DNA of 64,000 nucleotides, from NCBI GenBank assembly GCA_046116545.1, contig CP175956.1, positions 833,734 through 897,733 on the forward strand, in the 5' to 3' direction. Position 1 is the first letter of the stretch. Each line of letters starts with the position of its first letter. Both the position numbers and the translations under genes were made by a program. The notes below the pieces were generated by a model. The model was not told the origin of the DNA, searched no databases, and worked only from the letters and a program-made list of their open reading frames with translations. This stretch comes from Candidatus Moraniibacteriota bacterium. GTDB taxonomy: Bacteria; Patescibacteriota; Minisyncoccia; Moranbacterales; GCA-2747515. Positions 37,896 to 47,961 of this stretch are shown here, in pieces.

Positions 37896-38635
37896 TTCTC
37901 GCCTCCATTTAGGGTTTTTGCCAATCCTGCAATTTCTTCCATTACAAGATTGGCGCAATCGCTCATGTCTTGTAATTCACAATCTTCATGAATTACTAAA
38001 TTATCAAGAGGCTCTCCAAAGGAAACACTTACTCGACGTTTTTTCAAATTCTCCCATGAAAACATTTTAAATGTCCCATGAAGATACATCGGAATAATCG
38101 GAGCACCTGTTTCTTTTTGCATACATACAACGCCACGCTTCCCCTTTTGCAAGGTCCCGTTTGGACTCATCTTACCTTCCGGAAAGATGAAAACTCGACC
38201 ACCTTGGTTCAAGACTTTTATCGCTGGCGCTAACACGTCTTCGATAAATACTTTGCCAATTTGATCTTTTCGGCGACACTTGATTGGAATGCAAGCACTA
38301 AGCTTTAGCCATACCGACACAAAAATTGATATTGGGAATGGGAATGGCCCAGAAAACTGAATCCATCTAAAGTAATCAGCATAAGCCAAGTACCTAATTG
38401 GTAAAAAATTACCAATCTTAAATCCATTCCACGGCATCGCAATTGCAACAGCTGTAATAACACCATCAAATGGACCATAATGATTACTAGCAAAAATTAT
38501 TGCCTGTCGTGGCGAAATGCCACGCAAACTCTCCTGCCCTCTAACCTCAAATCTAAAAATGACTTTCAAAATAAGGTACAGAGGGAAAAAAACACAAATT
38601 TGAAATAACCTTGCAACTTTTTCTCGTGTGCTCAC
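37892..38635 (-). CDS. Lysophospholipid acyltransferase (PlsC family)
   Basis: NHYGPFD (HX4D), IFPEG, PIIP. Confidence 0.9.
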   Translation of the reverse strand: MSTREKVARLFQICVFFPLYLILKVIFRFEVRGQESLRGISPRQAIIFASNHYGPFDGVITAVAIAMPWNGFKIGNFLPIRYLAYADYFRWIQFSGPFPFPISIFVSVWLKLSACIPIKCRRKDQIGKVFIEDVLAPAIKVLNQGGRVFIFPEGKMSPNGTLQKGKRGVVCMQKETGAPIIPMYLHGTFKMFSWENLKKRRVSVSFGEPLDNLVIHEDCELQDMSDCANLVMEEIAGLAKTLNGGEK

Positions 38636-38802
38636 AATGCACCTCCTTGATATTATTTAAAACCTTTAACTTTTATATTATTCTGTAAATGTACTTTAAT
38701 CAAATACTAACATATTTTTATAGTTTTGTAAAGGGATTGTGGACAAAATGATAAAAACATGTAATAATGTAATAAACTACTTAATTTTAATGTAAAAATA
38801 CT

Positions 38803-39546
38803 ATGGACAAAACACTTAAAAAGGACGACTCAATACTACTCATGGAACTAAAAAAACTTGGTTTAACTGAGAAAGAATCTATTTTGTACTTACTTCTTTT
38901 AGATAAAAATGAAGCAACAGCCAGTCAAATAGCATTAATGTCACATATCAGTAGACCAACAGTCTATAGGATACTTGAAGAATTAGAAAGAAAAAACCTT
39001 ATAAACAAAGTAAAAAAAGATAAAAAAACACTTTTTATTGCCACCTCACCAAATACACTTCTTGGACTCTTAAAAATCAAAAAAAAAGAAGCTGAGGAAC
39101 AAGAGCGCGAATTTATGCGTATTATTTCCATGTTGCAAACAACATTTGCCCTCAAAAATAGTGGAAATATCACAAAATTAGATGCCCCAAATAAATTAGA
39201 TATTTTTTTAGATGACCTATTAAATACACCAACAGATAATATTCTTGCATTTTGCAGTAAATCAGAAAATCCCACACAAAAGATTCTTCATGACACTTTT
39301 GTTAAAATACATGAAAGATTCCCAATGCTTACAGTGCACGAAATACGTCATAAATCAACATCAAAACCTACCAGAAGTATGAGCTTTATCAAAACAAAAA
39401 CACTACAATCAACACAAGAAAATTTTTCCATAATAGCTGCAGATAAAGTATTCATCATCACTAAAGACTCTATATTCATCCTTAATCATAAAGAAACAGT
39501 TTTAATAATTAAGTCACTACTAAAAATTTTATGGAACAATCTATAA
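38803..39546 (+). CDS. TrmB-family wHTH transcriptional regulator
   Basis: LGLTEKES..Y..LL..ATASQIA..ISRPTVYRILEEL. Confidence 0.85.
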   Translation: MDKTLKKDDSILLMELKKLGLTEKESILYLLLLDKNEATASQIALMSHISRPTVYRILEELERKNLINKVKKDKKTLFIATSPNTLLGLLKIKKKEAEEQEREFMRIISMLQTTFALKNSGNITKLDAPNKLDIFLDDLLNTPTDNILAFCSKSENPTQKILHDTFVKIHERFPMLTVHEIRHKSTSKPTRSMSFIKTKTLQSTQENFSIIAADKVFIITKDSIFILNHKETVLIIKSLLKILWNNL

Positions 39547-39662
39547 TCTTTTACAAGTATCAAAATATCAAGCTTATCTATAGTCAATATTCTTGATTAA
39601 CTTTTTAATATTTGAAGTTTATATGTTATAATATTAATCGTAATAAAATAAAAAGAAAAATT

Positions 39663-40490
39663 ATGAAGAAAATTCTCATGATAGTAGCAGTTTTTTCAAT
39701 GTTATTATCTCCATTTACAACATTAGCATCTCCATCTGGCACGAATACTGACGATATTTATGTAACAGTTAAAGCAAAACAAGGTGGTGAATGGATAACT
39801 GCCTTCAAAGGCAAAACTGACGAAGATAGTGCATTGCGACTTAAGGGTGTGTTGCCAGGAAAGTATAAATTTGAAATAGATGAAGATGATGAAAAAGCTG
39901 GTCAAACACTTGGACTTGAATTAAAAATGAAAGATGAAGATGGAAAAAATATAAAAGAAAAGACTGATGTTGATGCATACATTTATATAGGAGATTCAAA
40001 AGTATTTATAAATAGATTTAGAACAAAAGATAATGGCTACTTAAATCTAGAAGGAATAACTCCTGGAATGACCTATGAATTAAAAGTAAAAGGAGATGGA
40101 AAAGTAAAAAAAGATGAAGGTCTCGCTAGAATGAAGACTAAGACAAAAATAGATGATAGTGATTGGTTTAGTTCTACATATGACTTACTTGATCCAGATC
40201 CAACAGGACTTACAAATGGAATTTTAGAAGTAGAAAATGTATTACCCGGTAAATATAAGTTCAAAGTAAAATCAGGAGATCCTTATGATGCAAGAAAGCC
40301 TTTCATGTTAAAAGCCAGACTGCGTAAAGATAATGGCAAAAAAATCAAAGAACCCACAAAAGTGAGCATCTATGCATATCCTAATAAAATCAAAACAAAA
40401 GTTGGAGAAGTTATGACTGACGCTAAAGGTTGGATACTACTTCCAGAAGTACAACCACATGTTAAATACAGACTTAAAGTAAAGGATTAG
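39663..40490 (+). CDS. Secreted protein with repeated beta-sandwich (Cna-B/prealbumin-like) modules
   Basis: Signal peptide; VLPGKYKF twice, DGKNIKEKT/NGKKIKEPT, YELKVK/YRLKVK. Confidence 0.7.
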   Translation: MKKILMIVAVFSMLLSPFTTLASPSGTNTDDIYVTVKAKQGGEWITAFKGKTDEDSALRLKGVLPGKYKFEIDEDDEKAGQTLGLELKMKDEDGKNIKEKTDVDAYIYIGDSKVFINRFRTKDNGYLNLEGITPGMTYELKVKGDGKVKKDEGLARMKTKTKIDDSDWFSSTYDLLDPDPTGLTNGILEVENVLPGKYKFKVKSGDPYDARKPFMLKARLRKDNGKKIKEPTKVSIYAYPNKIKTKVGEVMTDAKGWILLPEVQPHVKYRLKVKD

Positions 40491-40504
40491 ATAAAAAATT
40501 TAAT

Positions 40505-40531
40505 TGTAGTGACAGAACAATGTTCTGTCAC
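40505..40531. repeat. GTAG-type REP / terminator-like hairpin
   Basis: gtagtgacagaaca-a-tgttctgtcact followed by T-run. Confidence 0.65.
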
Positions 40532-40621
40532 TTTTTTATTTATCCTGATATTTAACATATCTTTCATGCAAAATTAAAAGCGGAGGAAAGATTTATCTTT
40601 CACTCCGCTTTTTACTTACAT

Positions 40622-42001
40622 TTAAAACTCCTTTTTAAATATAAGCATTACCCTTGAATCATCCTTGTGAGCACCAAAGATGTCTTCGATACCACTTGAA
40701 TTTGACTCACCATCAATATACTCTCCTCGTACTGTCAAAACAGTATTTTGAAAAAATGCATTCGTAGCCAAACTTGGCAATACAGCATCCAATACAGCCT
40801 CAGCATCTAGACGAAAATAGAAATCATCATCATTTAGACTTTTTGCCATACTTGGTCTGAATGTCACTCCATCACTAGGCGAATATTCTGCCATTGCAAC
40901 AAAATGATTATCAAGTGACCTACGAATATCAAGTTCAGATATTGAAATATCTGAATCATTTGTTGTAAAGCTATTTACATAACCCATCTCAACAAATAAA
41001 CTTGATCCATTTTCAAATTGCCAAATTCTGTCAACTTCTACAATACAAGTTGCAAAGTCATCAGATGACTCTTGAAAGTGTGCATTACAACCAAGTCTTG
41101 TCACCCACTCACCTAGTGTGAGCTCAGCACTTGCTGAAACTGAGGTTTCTTTGACAAAAACTGGAGCAAGTTCAACACCTTTACTTACCACGTGATCAAT
41201 TCCGCTGCCAGATCCATGAAAAATAGCTACTTCAAAAATTGTACCATTATCACGTTCTTGCCACATGCGACATAAATAGTTAACATCACTGCCAACTTCA
41301 ACATCACCATATGACATCCCTGGCTGTAAATCATGAGTCCAATGATCATTTGAACTAGTTGCTATCACTGGATTATTTCTCCCAGCAATAGCACACTCAC
41401 CAAACAAATTTGCGTCTCCAGACAATTTCATGGAGACATTAGCAACAATTACCCCATTCTGAGTATAATCATCCATTGTTGAAAATGGTTCCGATTGATC
41501 ACGACGTGCCAAAGCATTAAATTCTGCAAAATCAAAATTAACTGTATTTTGCATAATCTTTTTACCCAACACAATATTAAGTTCATCCATATTCATATCA
41601 GGAGTAAACTCAACATACATTTCCCGCATGCTCATGATAGTTTTTTTACCATCATGATTATCTAGTGTTGCCCCCTGATAAATATTAGCCGTATCACCCT
41701 GAATACGAACTGAAGCAATAATTGCAACATCTTCCGTTATTTGTGAATCAATACCTATATCAACTCTAACATCTGCAATTATATCATCTTTACCTTTTTC
41801 ATGATGATAAGCAGAAACTCGCGTTTCAATTTCTCCATATACTTCAATTTCCTGTGTAAAAAATACAGGCTCATCAGCATACAAAGCTTCTATTTCTTGC
41901 TTTTTTCTTTTTGAAGCAGCTGCAGAACCACGACTAACCTGAAGTGGCGCACAACTACTCAAAAGAAATGAAAGTAACACAACTAATGAAATATACTTCA
42001 T
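40622..42001 (-). CDS. Putative outer-membrane beta-barrel-like protein with N-terminal lipobox
   Basis: LLSSC lipobox; alternating amphipathic strands; C-terminal Phe; position matches the barrel gene of MMPL-LolA-barrel operons. Confidence 0.55.
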   Translation of the reverse strand: MKYISLVVLLSFLLSSCAPLQVSRGSAAASKRKKQEIEALYADEPVFFTQEIEVYGEIETRVSAYHHEKGKDDIIADVRVDIGIDSQITEDVAIIASVRIQGDTANIYQGATLDNHDGKKTIMSMREMYVEFTPDMNMDELNIVLGKKIMQNTVNFDFAEFNALARRDQSEPFSTMDDYTQNGVIVANVSMKLSGDANLFGECAIAGRNNPVIATSSNDHWTHDLQPGMSYGDVEVGSDVNYLCRMWQERDNGTIFEVAIFHGSGSGIDHVVSKGVELAPVFVKETSVSASAELTLGEWVTRLGCNAHFQESSDDFATCIVEVDRIWQFENGSSLFVEMGYVNSFTTNDSDISISELDIRRSLDNHFVAMAEYSPSDGVTFRPSMAKSLNDDDFYFRLDAEAVLDAVLPSLATNAFFQNTVLTVRGEYIDGESNSSGIEDIFGAHKDDSRVMLIFKKEF

Positions 42002-42009
42002 ATTTCCTC

Positions 42010-42828
42010 CTATCTACCACATGGCAGAGAGCTTTTATTATATGACTTTGGCCAATCATTGAAATTCAGATCTTCATTATCCTGAACTAAATGAGTTCCT
42101 TTTTCTTTAATATCCCAAACAAAAATTTCTGTAGGATACCATTTGCCATCAACATAATCTACTAAAACATTTTCAATTATATAGGAATCAAAATAAATTC
42201 CTTTTATACTAAAATGCTCTTTGTCAATTGCCGCAGTATATCCTGGCAATTTTCCTGTACTTACAGCTTTCACTACGAATACATCAGAAAAACCAAATGT
42301 ATTATCCTCTGTAAACTCATATTTAAATGAATCAGAAGATAATTCAATGCCAGTTTGCATAACCGTCATAGCCCAAGAGCTATTAATGCTACTATCCACT
42401 GTACTGTGTCCTGCTAATGATGTTGTGATACGACGAGCACCCTTACGAGCTAATCGTCCTCTGCAAAAGTATCGAGACGAATCACTCAGATTATCAGGAT
42501 TTAACTTTACAACTAAACCCTTGTTTTTCACCTGCTTCGGAGCAAAGAAATGCAACCAAATGCCATCTTTACCAGAATCATCAAAATACAATGATTGGGC
42601 AAATTGTTTTTCGGCACCTTTCAATGAGTAACATTGTTCGATATCCAAAAAATTATCACATCCATCCCTATATTCATAATCCTGAACACGCCAAAGCGTA
42701 TTTTCTTGTCCAACAATTCGTCGCCCTTGCCAAGTTTTTTCAATAACCTGACGAGCTGTTAATTCCGCAAAGGAATTGATTGGTACAAAAAAACAAATTA
42801 CTAAAACTGCATAAATAATTTTTCTCAT
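42010..42828 (-). CDS. Outer-membrane lipoprotein-sorting (LolA-like) periplasmic protein
   Basis: Signal peptide ..SFA-ELTARQVIEK, LHFFAPKQVKNKG, ARRIT, VDGKWYPT. Confidence 0.6.
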   Translation of the reverse strand: MRKIIYAVLVICFFVPINSFAELTARQVIEKTWQGRRIVGQENTLWRVQDYEYRDGCDNFLDIEQCYSLKGAEKQFAQSLYFDDSGKDGIWLHFFAPKQVKNKGLVVKLNPDNLSDSSRYFCRGRLARKGARRITTSLAGHSTVDSSINSSWAMTVMQTGIELSSDSFKYEFTEDNTFGFSDVFVVKAVSTGKLPGYTAAIDKEHFSIKGIYFDSYIIENVLVDYVDGKWYPTEIFVWDIKEKGTHLVQDNEDLNFNDWPKSYNKSSLPCGR

Positions 42829-42882
42829 TTTAATCTCCCTTTTCTTGAATGTAATGGGTGAACATTGTTCACCCATTACAAT

Positions 42883-45339
42883 TTATTTTGACGAACAACA
42901 CCACCGTAAAAACGGTAATGACAGTAAAGTACCCAGATAACAACCTACTAATGCCACTAGAAGCATTAAACCAAGATTAATAATCGGCTTAAATGCCACT
43001 AAAAATGGCATGGCAAGCGGTAAATACGTCAACGCATTAACAAGTACATCAGCACCAGCACGCGTCACCTCGTCTACCATATCATCTGAAACAAGATTCT
43101 TCTCAAAATCCCATCCATATTGTGCAATAACCTGTCTAAATCTCAAAATCAGAAATACAGGCAAATCTGCAGCAGCTGACACAGTAATATTACCAATTGC
43201 AGCCGTAGCAATATCCAAATAAATACCAAACATCATCATAACAATGAGTGTTAAAGTAGTGGACACAACAAACGGAACAATGACAATAGCACCAGCTACA
43301 AGCGGATTGAATCCGCTCACAATGCTAACTCTTCCAATTATCAAAAACAAAATTACACTTAACACACCAATGAGTACAGGAGAACCAACATAGTTCCCTA
43401 TAGCACCCACAGTTATCAAGTCATCTGTTTCTGGATATTGAGCAGTTTTATCAACACCTACGACACCAATATCGCTACCCAAGTCAGCAAGAGCATCCCT
43501 AACATAACGCATGTCACTAGCTTTCGAAGCCAAACCCGTCACATTTATGATGACTGAATTGTCCTCAAGTACAAAGAAATATTTTGACACATTTTCTTGT
43601 GCGACAAGGCCCCACTCTTCTGCAAGCAATTCTTCTACTGAAATTTCAAACTCAGTAGATATCTTGCTAAGAACATCTTCTCTCATACAATCACTTGGTG
43701 AATTACAAAAATCATAAAAATCTCTGTGTAATACATCACCCAGAAAATCAGTTGGAGAAATTATGCCTCGAGCAAAACTATTATTGCGAACATCGCTAAC
43801 AAACTTACTAAGATTTTCAACATCAGTAGCATTGCATAAATCCAAATCTTCTACAAAGATTTTATACAATCCACTACCCGGTTGACCTTCATTTTCAAGT
43901 GAATCCATTACTACACCCGCAGATGTAGCTCGCACAAATGCACCAGGATCACTATCAGTCACAAGCAACTTCATGTTATACAAACCGACTGTAAGCATAA
44001 TTAGAGCCATGACTACCATTGCATTAATGAGCCAACTATATTTTTTGACAGAAAATTTGACAATAGACTGTACAAAAAAAGAAGTCTCCAATTGTGCAGA
44101 TTCTTTGCCAAGTCCGCCCACAAAACAATGTATCACAGGTAAAATTACCCTAGTAACCGGAATAGTAAAAACTACAATAGACACTGTTGCCAAAATAGCA
44201 ACCGTTAACATCGAACGAGCCCCTTCTATGTGTGGCAGTAACATAAATATCAAAAATTCAATACATGTTACTATCACAACAAAATATACGGAACTTTTTA
44301 ATGTATATTCCCTCAAAACAATATTCCAAAAAAATTGTCTATTTGCAAAAATTCTACTAGAAATTCCCTGACTCACAAAACTATACGCCAATGTATTATA
44401 TTCCTTAAAATGCCTCATAAAAAATGAGTAATTCAGCATCATAACTGGAATATAAGCTAATATTGTATATGTTTCCTCATGAAAGGAAAAATTTGTTACC
44501 AAGTCAATTACACCTATAAGTCCACGCATCATCCAAAGGATAGATACATTACAAATAAGTGAAATGAACATTTGTCGGAATGAGCCCAAAATAATCCATA
44601 TGGTAATCGCTGGTAATAATGAACCAACAATGAGTACACTAAAAATGAAAGAGAAACTTTCCTTATTTATAAGTGTACGCCACACGGACCACCCAAATAC
44701 ATCAACTTGAATATTCTCTCCAAAATCAACCTTAGTCAATTTTGTTGACAAACCAAGCCATTTTCTCAAATCATCAAAATACATATCAATCATAACAAAG
44801 TCATGATTATACATAATACTATGAGAAATTTGATACAATTTAAATTCATTCACATCTTGATTTACCGGCATGACCGATATAAAAAAAGAATATTCACCAT
44901 TGTAACTATTCACAAATACATTATTCATGTAATCATGTGATGCTACACTTTCAAACCATTCTTTTCCACTACTGTTTTTGATACTATTTTCTGATAGAAA
45001 ATAATCAACAGGATCAGAGGAATAATCTGTAATTGTTGCAACTGATGCTACATTTACTACTATGTCATTTGCTTCAAAAACAGTCTTAACTCTTTTTGAA
45101 AAATCAATAATAAACTGTCTAGATTTATCAGATAAATTCTTAACAGTTATACGAAATAAAACATCATTAGATAAAATCACATCAGCATTCTTTGCATTTG
45201 ATTGTGCTATAACAAATCTACTTTCATTATTAAGCACAGGCTCCATCAACACACTATCTAAGCGTGTTAACCACAAATTACTATAACTTGCCAAGGCAAG
45301 TACAATAATATAAATACACAAAAATATGTATTTTTTCAT
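42883..45339 (-). CDS. MMPL/RND-family membrane transporter
   Basis: 818 aa with two repeats of extracytoplasmic domain plus TM bundle; LDIATAAIGNITVSAAADLPVFLILRF, FKPIINLG. Confidence 0.75.
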   Translation of the reverse strand: MKKYIFLCIYIIVLALASYSNLWLTRLDSVLMEPVLNNESRFVIAQSNAKNADVILSNDVLFRITVKNLSDKSRQFIIDFSKRVKTVFEANDIVVNVASVATITDYSSDPVDYFLSENSIKNSSGKEWFESVASHDYMNNVFVNSYNGEYSFFISVMPVNQDVNEFKLYQISHSIMYNHDFVMIDMYFDDLRKWLGLSTKLTKVDFGENIQVDVFGWSVWRTLINKESFSFIFSVLIVGSLLPAITIWIILGSFRQMFISLICNVSILWMMRGLIGVIDLVTNFSFHEETYTILAYIPVMMLNYSFFMRHFKEYNTLAYSFVSQGISSRIFANRQFFWNIVLREYTLKSSVYFVVIVTCIEFLIFMLLPHIEGARSMLTVAILATVSIVVFTIPVTRVILPVIHCFVGGLGKESAQLETSFFVQSIVKFSVKKYSWLINAMVVMALIMLTVGLYNMKLLVTDSDPGAFVRATSAGVVMDSLENEGQPGSGLYKIFVEDLDLCNATDVENLSKFVSDVRNNSFARGIISPTDFLGDVLHRDFYDFCNSPSDCMREDVLSKISTEFEISVEELLAEEWGLVAQENVSKYFFVLEDNSVIINVTGLASKASDMRYVRDALADLGSDIGVVGVDKTAQYPETDDLITVGAIGNYVGSPVLIGVLSVILFLIIGRVSIVSGFNPLVAGAIVIVPFVVSTTLTLIVMMMFGIYLDIATAAIGNITVSAAADLPVFLILRFRQVIAQYGWDFEKNLVSDDMVDEVTRAGADVLVNALTYLPLAMPFLVAFKPIINLGLMLLVALVGCYLGTLLSLPFLRWCCSSK

Positions 45340-45361
45340 TAAACGTACCTCTTAAATTTTA

Positions 45362-45429
45362 TTGTTAAACTACTAAATTTGCCCACAAAATGGACTATTC
45401 ATGATAACAAAAAAACAACCTTTTGTCAA
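45362..45429 (-). promoter_or_regulatory. Cassette promoter TTGACA-17-TATCAT plus TTTAACAA, overlapping the tRNA-operon terminator
   Basis: -35 at 45424-45429, -10 at 45401-45406, motif at 45362-45369. Confidence 0.7.
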
Positions 45430-45447
45430 GGCTGTTTTTGCTATTTG

Positions 45448-45518
45448 CACGGGATGAGGGAATCGAACCCCCGACTCAGGTTTTGGAGACCCACGTTATA
45501 CCACTTAACCAATCCCGC
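45448..45518 (-). tRNA. tRNA-Trp(CCA)
   Basis: GCGGGAT/ATCCCGT acceptor, CT-CCA-AA loop, GTTCGATTC. Confidence 0.95.
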
Positions 45519-45568
45519 TTTATCTCTCGTATTATCTTACATCTTTTTACTATTTTATTCAAGTCTTG

Positions 45569-45642
45569 AGCCAATGAGCAGAATCGAACTGCTGACCTTA
45601 TCCTTACCATGGATACGCTGCTACCAACTGAGCTACATTGGC
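45569..45642 (-). tRNA. tRNA-Thr(GGT)
   Basis: GCCAATG/CATTGGC acceptor, TATCC-AT-GGT-AA-GGATA. Confidence 0.95.
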
Positions 45643-45693
45643 AAAAAAGAAAACCGAAGATTCTAAACTTCGGCATTTCCCTTACATAATCTG

Positions 45694-45776
45694 TGGGCCG
45701 AGAGGGATTTGAACCCCCGTAGACCGAAGTCGCCTGATTTACAGTCAGGTGCATTTGACCACTCTGCCACCGACCC
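45694..45776 (-). tRNA. tRNA-Tyr(GTA)
   Basis: CCTGA-CT-GTA-AA-TCAGG, long variable arm, GTTCAAATC. Confidence 0.95.
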
Positions 45777-45807
45777 GATGACTAATATTCTATTATCTGA
45801 ATCACTG

Positions 45808-45880
45808 AGCCACTTGTCAGATTCGAACTGACGACCTGCGGTTTACAAAACCGATGCTCTACCAACTGAGCTAAAGTGGC
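45808..45880 (-). tRNA. tRNA-Thr(TGT)
   Basis: GCCACTT/AAGTGGC acceptor, TT-TGT-AA loop, GTTCGAATC. Confidence 0.95.
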
Positions 45881-45951
45881 ATACTCAACCAGTATATACT
45901 GGTTGATAATTTTGTGCAAGTCTTCATAAATAATATAGACCTACACAAAAT

Positions 45952-46491
45952 TTACAATACTCTATCTAGATTTCTCATAGCAACTTGTGCACGTTTATGT
46001 CGTGGGTCAAGTCGAAGTACAAATTTATAGCATTCCCTGGCATCCTCAAACTTCTCATGTTCCATATAGTAATCAGCCAACTTTTCATATCTTTTACTAT
46101 TTTGAGGATCACTCTCTATATCTTTCATCAACATTATTTCTGACTCATCTCTATCCTCTCCATCAGAAATCTTATCACTGACCATACTTTTTTTCTTCAA
46201 AGATACAATTTTCTTAATATTGTTTCCAGTCATTATTCCTTGTGTAACTGTTTTCTTTGTATTCTTATCAGAAACCAATGTTCTTTTTATCTTATTAGTT
46301 GCTTTATTAGATTTCTCTTGAAAAAACTGTTTTCCCTTCCGCATTTTATTCTTCACCCCTTGCCCACCTACATCTTCTAAGATGAGGTTATTCCTAGATT
46401 TATTTACAGGAGACAAAACACGAGCAAGAAATACAATAAGTATCGCAATCGCAATCACAATGATAATTGGTGGTACAATCAAATAAATCAT
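45952..46491 (-). CDS. Membrane-anchored TPR protein
   Basis: N-terminal TM; C-terminal YEKLADYY..FEDARECYKFVLRLDP. Confidence 0.8.
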   Translation of the reverse strand: MIYLIVPPIIIVIAIAILIVFLARVLSPVNKSRNNLILEDVGGQGVKNKMRKGKQFFQEKSNKATNKIKRTLVSDKNTKKTVTQGIMTGNNIKKIVSLKKKSMVSDKISDGEDRDESEIMLMKDIESDPQNSKRYEKLADYYMEHEKFEDARECYKFVLRLDPRHKRAQVAMRNLDRVL

Positions 46492-46537
46492 AACAGACTA
46501 AAACTATTCCCTACTATTTAATACCTTAATAATACAA

Positions 46538-47122
46538 TTAGAATGAAAATCGTGCAAATTCTCCAATTTCAACTTTTTCTCCAATTTTTACAACAAGTTC
46601 ATTCTTCAAATCTTCTATAGTTTGATCAGGATTTTTCACAAAAGATTGTGTAAGTAAAGCAGATTCTTCTCTAAATTTCTTTTCTTTACCTTCCATGATT
46701 TTTTCCATAATATCAGCTGGTTTTCCTTCTCCCTTTAATTGTTCAGTCCAAATTTCTCTTTCTTTTGTAACCAAAACATCATCAACATCAGATGGACTCA
46801 AACATTGTGGATCAGAAGCTGTTATATGCATTGCAATATCTGCTGCAAACGTTTGGAAGTCTTCATTCATTGCTACAAAATCAGTTTCACACAAAACCTT
46901 TACCATTGCTCCAATTTTTTGATTTGAATGAACGTATGTTCCAATAATTCCCTCACTAGCATCTCTATCTGCTTTTTTTGCAGCCTTTGCTTGACCACTT
47001 TTTCGCAATTGTTCTATTGCTTTTTCTTCATCTCCATTTGTTTCATCAAGCGCTTTTTTTACTTCTATAATTCCAGCACCAGTTTGCTCTCTTAATTTTT
47101 TTATTTGTTCTAAAGTACTCAT
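46538..47122 (-). CDS. tsf: Elongation factor Ts (short form)
   Basis: [23 protein letters not shown]. Confidence 0.98.
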   Translation of the reverse strand: MSTLEQIKKLREQTGAGIIEVKKALDETNGDEEKAIEQLRKSGQAKAAKKADRDASEGIIGTYVHSNQKIGAMVKVLCETDFVAMNEDFQTFAADIAMHITASDPQCLSPSDVDDVLVTKEREIWTEQLKGEGKPADIMEKIMEGKEKKFREESALLTQSFVKNPDQTIEDLKNELVVKIGEKVEIGEFARFSF

Positions 47123-47149
47123 TTTAATTAGTTTATGTAGTTATTAATA

Positions 47150-47926
47150 TTATTTCAATGCTTTGCAAATATGTGCAAACATCATTGTAATTGATGACAC
47201 AGCATCATCATTTGCTGGAATAGGATATGTAACTCCTGCTGGATTCACATTTGTATCAACTAGTGCTACAACTGGTACTCCAACTATATTTGCCTCAGCA
47301 ACAGCCAATTTATCAGCATTCAAATCTGTTACAAAAACAGCGCCTGGAAGTGATGCCATCTCAGCTATACCACCCATTCTTCTATCAAGCTTTTCTGCCT
47401 CTTCAATTTTCTTCATTTGTTCAAACTTCGTATATTTTTTCAAATCACCTTTTTCAATTTGATCTTTAAGTCGTGTCATGTATCTAGTCCGTCCACGAAT
47501 ATTTCTAAAGTTTGTAAAAGTTCCTCCTAGCCATCTCTCAACTACATATGGATTTTCTGTATATTCAGCAACATCCTTCACTAAATCACAAGATTGCTTT
47601 TTTGTTCCTACAAATAGAATTTGTTTTCCACTCTTTTTCACAGACTCTAAAAATTCAAGAGCTTCACCAGCAAGTTCCACAGTCTTTGCAAGATCTATAA
47701 TATTTATATTATTTCTTGTCGTAAAAATATATTGATCCATCTTTGGGTTTCGTCTTGCTTTTTGATGTCCAAAATGTACACCCGCCTTAAGAAGTACTGG
47801 CATTGTCAATTCAAGATTATCATAATCATACTTCTCAAAAACATTCTTTCTTGCGTTCTTTGCAATTTCTTGCATATCTTTCTTGTCACTGTCTTTTTTA
47901 ACAGCAATTTTTTTATCTTCACTCAT
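47150..47926 (-). CDS. rpsB: 30S ribosomal protein S2
   Basis: AGVHFGH, LFVGTK, RWLGGTFTN, IPANDD. Confidence 0.98.
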   Translation of the reverse strand: MSEDKKIAVKKDSDKKDMQEIAKNARKNVFEKYDYDNLELTMPVLLKAGVHFGHQKARRNPKMDQYIFTTRNNINIIDLAKTVELAGEALEFLESVKKSGKQILFVGTKKQSCDLVKDVAEYTENPYVVERWLGGTFTNFRNIRGRTRYMTRLKDQIEKGDLKKYTKFEQMKKIEEAEKLDRRMGGIAEMASLPGAVFVTDLNADKLAVAEANIVGVPVVALVDTNVNPAGVTYPIPANDDAVSSITMMFAHICKALK

Positions 47927-47961
47927 ATTACTTTATCCTTAAATATTACATATATACTTCA

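Noticed and set aside
45379-45754. ORFs 45379-45666 and 45476-45754 (also 62071-62286)
   Set aside because: They overlap tRNA genes and are spurious
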